Of a DNA stretch of 64,000 bases, positions 1 through 14,216 are shown one piece after another. The translations under genes and the position numbers were made by a program. The stretch is from Podarcis bocagei. Its lineage: Eukaryota. How positions within the stretch are numbered: the first letter of the stretch is position 1; each line of letters starts with the position of its first letter. The stretch is from NCBI GenBank assembly GCA_964188305.1, contig OZ076892.1; one strand, 5' to 3'. The notes below the pieces were generated by a model, which saw only the letters and a program-made list of their open reading frames with translations, did not search any database and was not told the DNA's origin.

Positions 1-285
1 CATATAGCAAATATACCAATACTGCCACCCCACCAAAAAAAGAGAGATTTCTATGCATGTGATTGAAAACAAATGAAATGGACAACGTGACCAGTACCAT
101 TAAGTTTGCACCACTTGTAGCATCACTGGAAGGAACTTCAATAATCTGCCGATAACAGGAAATCCATTGCTATGCCACCCCTGAAAGGTGACCACACACC
201 CTCTGCCTAAAAAACTATATTGAAGGAGAGTCTCCAAGCATCCTGAAGAAGTCTATTCCACTGTCAAAAGCTCATACTATCAAGC

Positions 286-372
286 ACATAAGAACATAAA
301 ATGAGCCCTGCTGGATCAGGCCAATGGCCCATGTAATCCAGCTTGCTGTTCTCACAATGGCCAACCAGAGGC
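286..372 (-). mobile_element. Old CR1-type 3' tail fragment
   Basis: cataagaacataa...ctgctggatcaggccaatggcccatgtaatccagc resembles the reverse complement of amniote CR1 3' ends with a (TTCTTATG)-type tail. Confidence 0.6.
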
Positions 373-527
373 AAGTGGGAAACATGCACGCAGGAAGTTC
401 TTCTTAATGTGTAGTCTAAATCCCCCTTTTTCTTTATAATTAGTTTGGATGCTAGTTTGTATAACTGCACTACAGTATAGGCCCCTTACTTTTGTATGAT
501 GACTGATGATAACACCACAGATTATAG

Positions 528-1458
528 AGCTGCATCTGCACTACACATTCAAAGCAGTATTGCACCACTTTAAACCATATTGGCTTCCCCCAACGAATCA
601 TGGGAAAGCATAGTTTGCTAAAGGCAATGACAGCTGTTAGGAGATCTATGTGCCCTTCAGCAGAGCTACAATTCCCTGAATGCTTTAACAGTCGATTTCT
701 CTTCCTGGGGAGCTCTGGGAATTGTAGCTCCATAAGACAGGCAGGGGGTCTCCTAATGACTCCCAGCACTCTTAACATGTTACAGTTCCCAGGATACTTT
801 GGGAGAAGCCATGACTGTTTAAACTGGTATGATACCGTTTTACCGTATTTTTCACTCCGTAAGACGCACCTGACCATAAGACGCACCAAGTTTTTAGAGG
901 GGGAATGCAAGGGGAAAAAATCTTTAAATGGAGTGCTGAGCAGAGCCTGCATGCATCCCAAGCTCTGCTCAGCTCTCCCTTTCATGACCCGCGAGGAGCG
1001 TGTGTGCGGCGCTTGCAGGCTTTTCCCGAAGGAGGGAGAAGGGCAGCCCATCACTGAACGGCTGCCTTTCTCCCTCCTCGGGGAAAAACTCCCAAGAGGA
1101 CACTCCACGCAGTTCTTTAAAGGGAGTGTGGCTGTTGGGGACTTTTCTGGGAGGTGGGAGAAGGGCCAGAGCTGTGCACTCTGTCCCTTCCCCACCACCC
1201 GCAAAATCAAGGGATAGCTCCACGAAGCCTTTGCAGGGCACAGGGATGAAGGCTCCCCATGCCCTGCGGAGGCTTCGCACGAAGCTATAACAGCTAGAGG
1301 GAGTGTTGTGCAGCGCTCCCTCTAGCTGTTCTGGCTTCTGGGATAGCCGCACAGCCTGCATTCACTCCATAAGACACACACACATTTCCCCTTACTTTTT
1401 AGGAGGGGGAAAGTGTGTCTTATAGAGCAAAAAATACGGTAAATGTATAGCGCATAGG
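528..1458. mobile_element. Long palindromic (foldback) MITE, interrupted by a Tc1/mariner-type MITE
   Basis: Self-complementary arms (aaagcagtattgcaccactttaaa...tttaaactggtatgatacc); related copies at 5738-6075 and 38088-38322. Confidence 0.65.
843..1439. mobile_element. Non-autonomous Tc1/mariner-superfamily (Tc2/pogo-like) DNA transposon
   Basis: TIRs CCGTATTTTT...AAAAATACGG with TA duplication at 841-842 and 1440-1441. Confidence 0.85.
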
Positions 1459-2518
1459 AAGCTAAGTCTACATTTACTGTTGCCACTGGAGTTCTTCATT
1501 TATTTTATTATTTTGTGGGTATTTAGAATGCGTTCATTCAATCAATCAACCGCAGAATGCCACTAGGATAAAAACCATGTGTCAGCAACATCTAAAATGC
1601 CTGGGCAAATCATATTATGCCATTGTGGTTGCTGGGATTTTTTCCTGGTCCAAAGTTTCGTTTGCTTAGCAGTGTCTGTGTTTGATGTATGTAAATAATT
1701 GTAGTTCTGCTTTCTTGAAACAACAACAAACATAATTAAAGCTCAATCTCTCGTCAAAATGGCAGGATGCTTTTGCTGGCTGCTGTGGACTCCTAGGCAG
1801 CTGGTAACATCTTAGCTCATCAACCACTTTCAACAAGGGAGAAGGCGCCTTTATGGTAAATAAGCGGTGAGCTGTCAGCCGGCTGGCAGTTTCCACCACT
1901 GAGCTGGCAAAGGAAAAGGCGAGCTGCATTTCACAGAGGTATCTTGTATGTTCAAGCGGGGGTGGGGGCGGGGTGTAGAAGAGGGTCCAGGTGCAAGCCA
2001 GAGCAATGAGAAGAGCAGGCCAGGAGGCAGAGCAAGATTCACAGAGGTGATGCCGTTGGAAAACGGATGCAGCGCCCATCTGTCCAGTTCTTATTTTGGA
2101 TGAAAAGAGAGTTCCTTGAAACCATCCCAACATTTCATTCAAAGATCAATCATCTTGAAATGCAGCCTCAATGGGGGATTTTAAAAAAAAAAACCGTCTA
2201 AGCAATACTGCAAGCAGTTCGGTAGTTTAGTTGGAAGAGGAGGCAGAAAGCGGTAAGGAAAGAGAAGCAAAAACAACAGGTTGTGCATGGGGGGGGGGAT
2301 ATTGAGGGTCCACTTCCATAGGTGCTATTCATTCACTGGGTCTTCAGATGCTGAGAGTACTAGAATACCTTCATAGCGACCTGAGTGTAGAGCGCTGCAC
2401 AAGTCTGCTATTTGTCTTGGTGGGTGCCTAGTTTCTGCCACATTTCACGTACAGCAAGCAGGAAGGCTATTATTTCATTTATTACCTGCCCTTCATTACA
2501 ATGCCCCATTCATCCAGA

Positions 2519-3316
2519 TATCAGGGACAGACTTGACGATGAGGAATGGTGGGAGGCTCCAGCCAGAGAATCCCCCTTAGGAAGTCTCAGAAGAGGAAGG
2601 CTTGGAGTCAGGGGAGACAGGTCAGAGAATGAAGTGGGGAGGCAGAAGGGTTGGATGCTGAGCAAGCAACAGGCTTGAGTGAGAGAGAGGAAGAAGAGGC
2701 AGAAAGCACTGCAGACACAGGACAGGGAGCTGAGAAAGAGGTGGGGGCTGAGGTTCCAACAGATTCACAGGAGCCTGCTGGTCCTACTGTATTCAGCTCC
2801 TCTCCTCCCTTGTCTCTAAGGACACAGAGGGCTTTGCAAGTAGCAGAGGAATGAGCACAGTCTCCCCACCCCACCGACGAAGCTTAGGACTGCAGGGAAG
2901 TGGGTGGCCCAGAACAGAGCCAGTGTGCTGTAGTGGTTAAGAGCGGTGGACTCGTAATCTGGTGAACCGGGTTCGTGTCTCCGCTCCTCCACATGCAGCT
3001 GCTGGGTGACCTTGGGCTAGTCACACTTTTCTGAAGTCTCTCAGCTGCACTCACCTCACAGAGTGTTTGTTGTGGTTGAGGGAAGGGAAAGGAAAGAAGA
3101 ATGTTAGCCACTTTGAGACCCCTTAAGGGGAGTGAAAGGCGGGATATCAAGTCCAAATTCTCCTCCTCCTCCTCCTCCTCCTCCTTCTTCTTCTTTACCA
3201 GGGGCCAGACTCTCTGTAGGTTTCTCTGTTTGTACTCTGTTTCATTGAACAAAGAATCAACTTTACTGCTCACCTCTGAGTTTCCATGCTGACCTGCAGC
3301 TGAACCAGCCCTAACA
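2519..3316 (+). mobile_element. Solo-LTR-like element carrying a SINE insertion
   Basis: Collinear similarity to 18861-19415 on the minus strand (shared ...ACAGATTCACAGGAGCCTGC...); TATCAGGG...CCCTAACA termini; TSD not clear. Confidence 0.65.
2916..3195 (+). mobile_element. tRNA-derived SINE (Squam2/Anolis SINE2-like)
   Basis: A box (gtagtggttaagagc) and B box (gggttcgtgtc), (TCC/TTC)n tail; near-identical copy at 14310-14568. Confidence 0.85.
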
Positions 3317-3414
3317 ACCAACAGGTCCCAGGGCAGGTTACAACAATTTTAAATTCAGTATATAAAAAGTTAAAGCAAATCTCAGTCACAGGAATAAGGT
3401 GTGCCATGAAAATA

Positions 3415-3720
3415 AACAAAGCCCTCAACAATTTGGGCCCTGGATACCTTAAGGACTGTCTGAGTCCTTATATCTCTACTCAACCCCATGTCTAGATCAC
3501 CCAGTGCGGTGCTGTTAGCTGCACCCTGCATTTAAAAAGTCCAGTTAGCTTCAACTAGAAGCTGGGCACGTTTAGTGTCATCGGTTCCATGCTGTGAAAT
3601 ACTCTTCTAGCAGAGATTCAGGCAGCATGCTTTCTGCTATAACCTTCAGACGTCTCTTAAATAACTTTTCATGACAACTGGCCTATTCATTTTGAATTTT
3701 TTCTTGAAGGTGAGCCGGTC
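3415..3720 (+). mobile_element. Degraded L2 LINE 3' region
   Basis: aaagccctcaacaatttgggccctggataccttaaggactgtct encodes KALNNLGPGYLKDCL, typical of the L2 ORF2 C-terminus. Confidence 0.65.
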
Positions 3721-5737
3721 CTTTTTGTGATCATTTATGGTAGCATATATTTAATCGTATCCACTGCCATGCACAGGCTTGACGTTTTATATAAGTGGGT
3801 GGTGTGCAATATTTTTAGTAAATAATTTTTAGTAAATAAACACCATTGGAAAAGGCACTTAACGCTGGAATGCAAAGCAGGCTGCAAGCATCAAAGGTTA
3901 GAACTGCAGGGAACTTTGCTGTCCCCCACATGAGTCCCCTCGTTCTCTCTTCCTCCTTGCAGTTGCTACCAGTTCACTGGCCCTCTTCAAAATGCAAGGA
4001 CTGGTGTCATCAAGGAGAAAGAGCAGAGGTCTCCACTTGCCTTGTCCTCACCTTCTGGGAAAGGCTGTGGATTAGGGCCTGGAAGAGTAAATCAAAAGCA
4101 AATGTCCGGTAGTAACAGAAGTGAAGAGATCAGCCCACTACAGGAGGGGCATTGATGGCATTGTGCCCAAAGCAAGGGCCAAAACCTGGGGGCAGCACAG
4201 GTGCAAAGTAAACATGAGAATGAACCAGTTGGGAACTCTAAGCCTATCCTCAATGCCACAGCAAAAGGAAAAGGAAAAGTACAACTTTTTTCAGATAAAT
4301 GTCCTGAATAAATACAGATCCACTTTTGAAGATAGGTGTCCCAAATACATGGTGTCCTTTGTCAGAACTTTCTAGAGAAAATAATGCTGAAGGTTTTTAA
4401 ACATCCCTGGGCTGTGGATTCCTTGGCAGCAGGAAGCCTGGAAAGGATCAAACAGCAGCAGGGATCTTTTTTTGAAAAAGACAGCAAAATTATACAGATT
4501 ACAAAACATTCTGGGCATTTAAAAATTTAGTAATTTCTTTCCATGCCATACAGAACTAATTGCAAAGAAACCCTGGAGATTAAACAAAAGAAAGATGTCA
4601 AGGCATTCACGCTGTTTACGGAACTCTGCCAAGACAGGACTGAGCTGAACTGTGAATGCTTTGGTGATGGATATCAAACTACTGTTAAATGCTACTTTGC
4701 CATATTAAAGTCATTAGACATGGAAGGAAGGCACCCTCTACAAAGCCTATTAAGCTGCTGGGCTTGCAAAAGGAAGCTTCTTGTTTGTAGGATTCTCGCT
4801 GCTGGATTCACAAAAACATTGGACAGAAAACACGGAAAAGCACTTTCCTGATGAGCTCATAAAATATTGGTAGGAGTATATGTTCCAAGTCTGTGGGGTG
4901 GGGTGGGGTGGGGGAGAGAGAGAGAATGCTTCATCTCACCCAAAATATTACTGACAGTCTATCAATGGCCAGGAAACCTAAATAGAACCTCCATTTTCAG
5001 AAAAAGTCAATGTGATTTTCCTATGCTCCCATTCATACTTGTGTTCTGTTCCCACATTTAATCTTCATTTTTTTATTTTTAAAAATCTTTCTCCCATATA
5101 CTGTAAGTATGGGTGGGCGTATTCTGATACACTTAAACTTGCAGAGAACATTGCAAGTACACCTCTGAATACTTTGGGAATGTGTGGAGTATTCATTTAA
5201 ATTGCCTGTAGGCTTCTTGGGAGTAGCTGCCTCAGACCGAAGGTCTGGCCTAGCTGTTGTTGTCTTCGTAGAAGTGGAGATTAGCAGTCTCAAAAGATTC
5301 CCCCAACCAACATTCTCAGTTTTGAGTACTGTTGGTGGGAGCCCAATTCTTGCTCTAATGCACACTGTGTACGTATTTCCAGAGCATCACCATCTGTGAA
5401 GATGCACTAGAGAACCAGGAGTTGTATGTTTGCCGTGCTGTACCAGAAGCAACAAGAGCAAAGGCAGCCTACCAGATCTAACCACAGACCCTCAAAGCAG
5501 CTGCCAGTTTCTAAGAAGGAAAGTATCAGAGGGTCAGCCTGCCTAAACGTTATTTCCTGCAGTGTGAAAACTTTAAGCCACACAAGAGCTTTGTTACAGC
5601 GCAGTCTATAAATACAGATATGTATGCAACCAAGAATCATTGATGCAGAGGGGATTTAGTCTACCACACCTTCTCAATGGAAAGTGATATGGAGCTCGAA
5701 CAGCCCCAACATGTCTCCTGTTTCTATGACTGTCTCT

Positions 5738-6075
5738 GGCTCCATCGGCACTATACATGTAAAGCAGTATCATACCACTTTAAGAAGTCATGTCTTTCAC
5801 CCAAAGAATCCTGGGAAATGTAGTTTGTTAAGGATGCTGAGAGCTGCTAGAAGACCTCTAATCCCTTCAAGGAGCTACAATTCTCAGAGTGGTTTAGCAG
5901 TCAATCTCTCTTCCCAAGGAACTCTGGGAATTGTAGCTCTGTGAAGGGGAACAGCCATCTCCTAGCATCTCTCAGCACCCAAAACAAACTACAGCTTCCA
6001 GAATTCTCTGAGGGGGAAACCATGACTGTTTAAAGTGGTATGATACTGATTTCAATGCATAGTGCAGGTGGGGCC
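5738..6075. mobile_element. Long palindromic (foldback) MITE
   Basis: aaagcagtatcataccactttaa / ttaaagtggtatgatactg inverted arms, internal gagctacaattc / gaattgtagctc. Confidence 0.75.
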
Positions 6076-7238
6076 TCTGCTTCACATCCAGGAAGTTGGA
6101 TTACATCAACACCTGGAGGGCCACCCCCACAGCAAAGTCAGTAATTCCAAAGTCAACTAGATTAGAAGCAGCCTCATCATTCCTGCTCTATTATTTATTC
6201 TCTATTCCAGATCAGAACTGGCCTTGGAATCCAAAAACAGTCACAAAATAAACCCTGCCAGGAAGAAAGCTACAGAAGGAAATTAAGATGGCAAACACAC
6301 AGGCCAATGAAGGTTTTTTTTAAAAAAAATAAAGTCATCAAATGCACATTTCTTTGAAATTATCTTCCTTCCAAATTGCCTACTGTGATCGCAATAGGCA
6401 TCATATCTAACAGGATTATATTTAAGCCTTTGGCGGTGTGCTTTTTTAATTTCAAAGTTGGCTTTTCTTTCTTTCTTAAGTAAAGCTTTGCAACGAGTTT
6501 GCAGGCTGGGATAAGCAGACTTTCTTATTTTCTTGCGTGGTTGTGGTGATGACATACAATTTTGGGTGAGTGTGATACATGGTCAGCCCTCCTCCCAAGT
6601 GAGGTGGGAAGGGATCACCCCAGAAGGTACACAGCCATCCCTGCCCCTCTCAAGCTCCAAAGTTGAGAGGAAGCCCTGGGGTTGTTTTCCTGATTTGTTG
6701 CACAGGGTGCATCAGCCATGAAGCAGCCAAACCGGAAATCTCCATGCCACCACTTCCTGCAAGCAGAAGCCCTGGAAGTGTGTTAAAGAGGGGCAGGCAG
6801 ACTCAGTGGGGTCCAACAGCAGATTAAAAATTAAATGCAAAAGGGATCGCAACTGCACTGAAAAATGCCACAGCTCATTATGATTATTGAATGACAGAAA
6901 GACTGGATGTTCACCACTTGGTGCTGAGCCTCTCCACTCTTAACCTCAACTTTGTCTATCTACCTCCCTTTCCCCCAAACATTATCTTCCAGCTCATCTT
7001 AGCCCCTCCCTCCTCAGCAAGAATAGGGTGGAGTCGATTTCTAGCTCCTGGGAAATGGGCTACACCTCTTTCATTTTCTCTGTTAGCCTTGTCTGCAAAA
7101 GCATTCCTCCCCTTTTTTTCTCTGATTATCCCTTGGTACCTTAGCCAATCTTGGGGTCCTACATGTTGTTTAAAATATATCTTCATTTTAGTTTATTGGT
7201 ATTGTTTTATCACTTTATCCAATCACCTCCATCTATAC

Positions 7239-7644
7239 TAGGAAGGGAGGAAAGGTTCGGTTCAGTTCAAAAAAATAAAATAAAGATGAACCTATTTAAT
7301 TTGCACTTCCTGAAACAATGTGGAAATTGGGTCACTGCCATCCTTCAAAATTCACACTTTTGTAGTGCAGTGCTCTAGCCAAGTAAACCATAGGAAAAAT
7401 GCATTTACTAGGGGGAAATTGTGGCGAATGCTGGTGGAAGTAACATACCAAAAAATGTGTTATATTGGGATGGGTTTACTAAAATGTATATATATGGCAG
7501 AATTGCATACTAAATGGTTGCATTAAGATAAATTCACTTTTGAATTTATTTTATTTAATACTTTTGTAAACTGATGCAGGAATGTGGAGAGCTGAAAAGA
7601 CTGAGAAAAGGAGAAACCTAGGTTGATAAATCCATTCATCCCTA
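7239..7644. mobile_element. Non-autonomous hAT element (TAGGGATG...CATCCCTA family)
   Basis: Degenerate TIRs; 8-bp TSD atctatac/atgcatac; related copies at about 12810-13588, 15127-17846, 42715-43160, 52804-53080 and 61035-61490. Confidence 0.7.
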
Positions 7645-8079
7645 ATGCATACCGGTTCTCATTTACTGCCGCAAATCCATCTCTTCTCTGCAAAGTCCTG
7701 CTGAGCCTTTCAAGCTACTTTACACACCTTCTCCCTTTCCTTCCATGGCCTGAGGGAGGCCTCGCACAACCACTAATGTCCAATCCGATTGCATTTTTCT
7801 TACTCCTAACCAAGTTTCTGCCTGCAATGGGCTGCTGAGGCAGCAACAGCCTCTTCCCCAGCTATTAGTTTCGACTGCAGGATGTCCCCAGCCACTGCCA
7901 ACTGGAGCACATTAAGCAGCAGAGGTAACACGGAGGAGTACACTGCGTGCATCACGATGGCCATTTAAGCAAATATATATATATATATATATATATATCA
8001 GGTCCTAGGTCAGCAGATCCCCAGAGATGTACTGCAGTTCTCAAAGTGTTCAAATGCCGTGCCGGTAGATTTTGTCTTC

Positions 8080-8110
<31 letters not shown>

Positions 8111-8146
8111 CAATTAACATTTTTGCATTTTTGGAGTTTCTGTGTA

Positions 8147-8361
8147 CAGTGGTACTTCAGGTTACAGATGCTTCAGGTTACAGACTTCACTAACCCAGAA
8201 ATAGTACCTTGGGTTAAGAACTTTGCTTCATGATGAGAACAGAAATCGCACAGCGGCAGCAGGAGGCCCCATTAGCTAAAGTGGTACCTCAGGTTAAGAA
8301 CAGTTTCAGGTTAAGAACAGACCTCCAGAATGAATTAAGTTCTTAACCCAAGGTACAACTG
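8147..8361 (+). mobile_element. Tigger/pogo-like MITE (CAGTGGTACCTC TIR)
   Basis: TIRs plus TA TSD; five copies in the window. Confidence 0.85.
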
Positions 8362-8649
8362 TACCAGGATGGGGAACCTTTGGCCTTCTGCATGTTACTG
8401 AACCACAACAACTCTCAATCATCCTTGGCCATGGGCCATGCTTGCTGAAGCTGAGGAGAAGCAGAGAGGGTTTGCCAGTGCCACTTCAGATTGCACAAAT
8501 GTGGGTGGGGGAGCCTGCTAGTATCTAAGCATCCCCCTGCAAAACCAAGGGGGGCAGGTTGCATTCATGTTCTTCCTACCAGGTGAAAAGTACAGACTGG
8601 GGTGTTTTCTAGCACTTAACTTCCATTTCTAGAATAAAACGTGTCTCCC

Positions 8650-8798
8650 TAGTGGACTCCTCGCTTCACTGGAGGTTTTTAAGCAGAGGGTAGATGGCCT
8701 TCTGTCGAGGATACCTTAGTTGAGATTCCTGAGTTGCAGGGATTGAACCAGATCACCCTCAGGCTCCCTTCCAATTCAGCAGTTCAATGATTCCATGA
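8650..8798 (+). mobile_element. CR1 3' end fragment
   Basis: ctggaggtttttaagcagagg...ttccaattc matches the 3' end of the CR1 at 17600-17777. Confidence 0.75.
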
Positions 8799-11275
8799 AT
8801 TCAAGCATGGTAAATCATGCTGATTAGTTGGCCCATTCCAGGGCTGAAAGTTGGGGTGTTGGGGAACCAAAGTTTCCAGAAACTAATACATCTAAAGTGC
8901 ATAAGAATCTGCTTTATACCAGGTCACACCCTTGGTCCATCTATCGTTACAATGACTGGCACCAGCTCTCTGGGGTCTCAGGCAGGGGTCTTTCCCTGGA
9001 GATGCTGGGGAATGAAGCTGGGGATTACAGGCAGAAAATCCTGGGTCCTCTTCACATTTTCTCCAACAACAGAGCTGAGAAAGACCAACACAGATGTCAG
9101 CAGGAAGAGACAGTGCTAAGCTAATGGAGGAAACTACCTTATATTGAATCAGACCATTGGTCCAGGTAGCTCAGTATTCTCTGGCTGGAAGTGGCTCTCT
9201 TCCAGCCCTACCAGGTACCATTTATCCTCCCTGTTACTCACATGCGTGAGCAGAACATTTAAAAGTAAAACAATTAGTTGGCAGAGTTTAAAACACCAAC
9301 CCTTGAAGCATTGAAGTGGAAGCTCTGGGACTAGACTGTGTAGACTTATTGCAATTTATCCAGTCTGTTAGCCCTTTCCTTTCTTAATTAAGAGAATAAT
9401 GCAACAGACTGTAGATTAAGAATAAAAATAGTCTTTACTTACATAAAGTCTTGCACTTGATTCCAGCAGTGTCAGTAATGAAAACAAGAGAGGCAAATTC
9501 TACTTCTAGATTGCAAATTACATAGCTGGGTTCAAAATGAAGTCTCTGCTTAAAGCAGAGACCAGGCAGACATCGGTCTGCCTCAGAAGCATGGTGAAAA
9601 AGAGGCTGATATCTGAGGCTAGGGCAAATAGAAAGGGTTAAATCCTTTTGTCTTTTTCCTGCCAGAGAACTCAAGGGAAGTGACATCACACACTGCCCTC
9701 TCTAGCAATCAGAAACTCTGTGAGTCTTAACCCCTTCATCTCCTTATTTAGCAAACATGCATTTGTTATTTTGACTGCAAATTCCCACATGATGAACCTG
9801 GGAATTTCTGCATGCAAAGCAGATGCGCTGCCGCTGAGCTACAACACTTCCCAATGTAGCTAAATAGACCAATGGTTTATGCAGTAACTCCCAAGTATCT
9901 CAATGATGCCCAAGTGCCTCCCCCCCCCCCAACTGGAGCTTTCCTTTTTTAAAAAAACCCCGTTCTTTAATGCATATTTGGAACAAACAGCAATCTATGG
10001 ACCCACTCCCCCCCCAAAAAAAACAACCCACCCCTGCTCGGATACAAAGCTTTTCAGCGCAAACCTGTGCCTGGAAAGAGCAGGACAAAAGGTAAGTCTG
10101 GATAGGTCCTAAGGCTTGGGGGGTCCAGATTCAAATCCCAACCCAGTCATGAAGGGCATGGACCAGTCACTCTCTGTCTCTCAGCTAACCTATGTCACAG
10201 GTCTGTTGCGATTATAAAAGGCAGTGGAGGAGAGCTATTTGATTTGTTTGCCACCCTGTGGGCCTTTGTGCTGAAGGGTGGAATAAAATTTGCTTAAAGA
10301 TATATTTGTTTGCTTACATAATTTATATCCTGTATTTTCAATGTAAGTGAATGTCCCCAAGGGGCAGTTATCAAAATGACAGAGGTGGTAGGGTGTAAAA
10401 AGAACAGTACAAAGAGGACTCACGATTAGAAGTAGCTTGATCAGGTTTGTGCAATATTTTTTTCTTAAATGCAGTTCTCTAGGAAACAGTTTTTTTTATC
10501 AAAGACGTGCGCATCTCACAGATGGCAGCTAGCCTATAATGAGGGGTTTCTTCTGGCAGAGTTCTGTTTCTTAAAGACAGCTTTTATATAACAATTCCTG
10601 CCAGAGAGATGAAACCTTCTCAAATGCCACACAGTCAAAGACAAACCTGTCTGGTTTTTTGTTTTGTTTTGTTTTTAATCCAGTTATGTCATAATCATGT
10701 ATAAAAGTCGGCGGCGGGGGCAGGGGGGGAGTCATTCATTTTATTTTAAGGCAAAAACAATGAGGGGAGCTCCTGGGCACCCAACCATTTGCCTCCCTGT
10801 TTTCTTTTCTCCTACCTCGTCCAAGGGAGACGGTACTGGGGAAATTTGGCCTGTTTCATATTCTCTCCTGCATTGCAAAGAATTAAATTCAAGAGCCAGC
10901 TTATGCCAGCATGAATCTGTAACTAGCCTAGAAGTCACACCTTTGTACCTGAGAGCTGACCTTGGTGCTGACAGTCCCGTGGCAAGTCCCTGGTGTTCAG
11001 CAAAATACAGAGTTTGATTCTCTGCATATCCAAGAGGCAGGGATGAACAGGGGTTTCTGGGGGCAAGTGCCTTGTGCCCTTCATGTGCTCCCTGCCATTC
11101 ACCTCCCAGAGTATTCAGCTAAGAAACATCACTAGAATTCTTACAGGGAGGGCTAGAGAAATATCCCTGTCTCCTAGTCTCACCTCCGTGGCTCACTCCT
11201 GTTTATCTAAGGATGCTTAGGGACATAATAAGCTGCCTTAAGCCATCAATCCACCTACCTCCAATCTGTCTACAC

Positions 11276-11411
11276 CAGTGTTTCTCAAACTTGGGTCTCC
11301 AGCTGTTTTTGGACTACAGCTCCCATCATCCCAAGCTAGCAAGACCAGTGGTCAGGGATGATGGGAACTGCAATCCAAAACCAGCTGGGGACCCAAGTTT
11401 GGGAAACACTG
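11276..11411. mobile_element. Short hAT MITE inserted in an old SINE
   Basis: TIRs CAGTGTTTCTCAAACTTGGG / CCCAAGTTTGGGAAACACTG; perfect 8-bp TSD GTCTACAC at 11268-11275 and 11412-11419. Confidence 0.9.
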
Positions 11412-11748
11412 GTCTACACTGACCAGCAGCAGCATTCCAGGGAGTCTCTCTCAGCCTTACCTGGAGGTGCCAATCATTGTACCTGGGACCTTCCTTGTGC
11501 AAAGCTGGTCCTCCATCGCTGAGAGACAGTCCTTCTAAAATTCTACTCTGGCATTCAAAATCCGGTCACTTGGTATAGTTTTCAGAATGTCAGGCAAGGA
11601 TTAGGGGTGGGAAGACACCCTCAGCCACTGAAACTCACTGTGTGACCTGGGGCCAGTCACCATGATCTCTCAGCCTAATCTGATGCTGTTGCAAGGATAA
11701 AATGAAGTTGGGGAGAACTCTATGCCCCACCTTGAGCTATAATGATGG

Positions 11749-11782
<34 letters not shown>

Positions 11783-12950
11783 ACTCCACCCATCTGGCTG
11801 GGTTGCCCCAGCCACTGAAAAGCAAGATAAAAGCAAAGAGGGCTGGTGAATTAATATCCCTTATTAGTGCAAGATCTGTGAAGCTAAATATGTTTCTGGA
11901 TCTCACTACTCAAAAACACACAGGCAGTGGCAGTGGAAATCAAAGAAGTCATCTGCAGATTCAACAGTAATTAGGGGACAGGGTTCTCTACAAGTCTAGC
12001 ATTCCTCCTGGCCAGCACCATAAGTTATACAAAAGAACCAAATACAGGCTAAGTAGGCATCTATGCACACATTATTCAAATCAGAGAATGGTAGGTTTTC
12101 AGAAAAAATGAGAGAATAGAATTGTCTTTGTAACTTGGTTTTTTTAATCATCAACACGGCTACCTGGGCACAGGATTCTATTTTTTCGGTCTTCAGGAGA
12201 CGGAGCATAAACAAATGTACCGCTCTCCATTTGCAAGCTCTTGCATCCTCTCCCCCCCCCCTTTATTCCATTTGTCTGGCTACACACAGCAGCACATGGG
12301 GCAGGCATGGCGGGGGGGAACTGTCACAAACCCTCAGCCACGTGATTCTAAAATTAGCATCCTCAGCTACTGCAAAGCCTTGTGGAGTCTGCAAAGGCCA
12401 GCAGAAAAAAAAATTCTGGAGCTTTGTCTTGAATTGAATAATGGCAGAGTAGAGTCTCCAGACTGTATCCCTTCGGGCACCAAAAGCAGAACTCTTTCCA
12501 AAAAAAGGGCTTTATGATGTGAATCTCTGGTTGGTTGCTAACTTCTTCCCAAATGGTGTTTGCCACTTTCTTCTGCAAAGGATTTGACAGCTCCCAGAGC
12601 TGGAATTGGATGAAACTTTGTTGTTAGAAGAGAAGTCCATCTTGAGCCCAACATGAATCAGGAGCAGAAGGAGACAGGCCACATAGAAGGTACTCTTGGA
12701 ATCATACCCCGGAATTGGAAGACCCATTATGTCCCAGCTGGACTCTCTCTCCAACTCTGGAATCATTTGAAGGCATGGTGTCTCCAAATGGATCCTTGGT
12801 GTTTGGCAGCGATTGGGAAGAAATTTAATTCATTCCACTTTTAAAGGCAATCCTACCTAATAAACACTTTCAAAAAACAATATGTGAACCAAAACACAGC
12901 CATCCTTCCAATTTTGCAATGCAGTTTTCCAGTCAGGTAATGCCTACAAA

Positions 12951-13300
12951 GGGACGTGGGTGGCGCTGTGGGTTAAACCACAGAGCCTAGGATTTGCCAA
13001 TCAGAAGGTCAGCAGTTCGAATCCCTGCGACGGGGTGAGCTCCCATTGCTCGGTCCCTACTCCTGCCAACCTAGCAGTTCAAAAGCACATCAAAGTGCAA
13101 GTAGATAAATAGATACTGCTCTGGCAGGAAGGTAAACAGAATTTCCGTGCGCTGCTCTGGTTTGCCAGAAGCGGCTTAGTCATGCTGGCCACATGACCCG
13201 GAAGCTGTACGCCGGCTCCCAATAAAGCGAGATGAGCGCCGCAACCCCAGAATCGGCCACGACTGGACCTAATGGTCAGGGGTCCCTTTACCGTTACCTT
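12951..13300 (+). mobile_element. Sauria SINE (Squam1), full length
   Basis: gggacgtgggtggcgctgtgggttaaacc head, (TTTACC)-type tail; 13-bp TSD TAATGCCTACAAA; inserted in a hAT MITE. Confidence 0.92.
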
Positions 13301-14216
13301 TAATGCCTACAAATACATGTACACTAGGGTAAAATATGCATTAAAATGAATATATTAGTAAAAATAACATACAAATTGCATTAGGGAAAATTGGTTCTCA
13401 GAAATTCATGTAATAGGCAAAATTGCATAGAAAATGCATACAGTAGATGAAATACTAATGAAGTCTCATAAGCACTTTTTCTTTTAAAAATATTGCAAAG
13501 TTATATGGAAATGTGTAGAAGTGGATTTAAGGATGGAAAAATGAGGAAACTGAGGGAAACCGAAACTGACAGTTTCCTCCATTCCTAGTGTGTGGCAATT
13601 ATATTTTTATACATGGCCCTACTCTTCTGCGATGGAAAACCGAAAGCAAATGAGGCATCCCATTTATTGGGCCAACTAATGTTTAAAATGCTGGGGGCTA
13701 CCTTATGAGTCCCACAGAGAGAAGAGAAAGCAAGGATATGGCAAAGAGATAGTTAGTAGGGGGATAAAATGAGCTGGTTCAGAGAACAGAGATAAATCTT
13801 GCCCCAAGCAGCAGCTCAGCAAAGAATAAGGGAAAGAAAGCTTAAATTGCAAAGTATCAAACGGTAAAAATTAACAAGTGTGCCCAATGACCCCATGCAA
13901 GACCAATCATTTGGGGTGACGGACTTCCGATTACAGCGGCACAGCGTGGTCTGAGACGTGCAGGCTTCTGTGATCCGACACCCAGGTGTTATGCTGGGAA
14001 GAACAGCTCTTACGTAACCACCCCTGGAACACAAACCTGCAGTCAGCTGAAAAGGCAGCAGCTGCCACAGCCTCCTGGGAGGGGATGCTTTGCCAGGAGC
14101 AAAGGAACACCGTGCAAAGCTACACCTGACACACACCACAACAATGTGACTAAAAACTGGGGTTTGCAAGTACTGATCTGCTGGCCGATATCTGTCTGCA
14201 GGGCTAGTTTTCTGCA

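Noticed and set aside
470-1361. Overlapping ORFs of 130-246 aa
   Set aside because: They lie within nested non-autonomous MITEs and have no transposase or other motifs
4846-4870. CTGATGAG hammerhead core start
   Set aside because: No stem II followed by GAAA, and no cleavage triplet
11670-11906. Poly-His and other homopolymeric ORFs (also at 42822, 53360 and 54889)
   Set aside because: Translations of (GAT)n, (TATTG)n and (CA)n microsatellites
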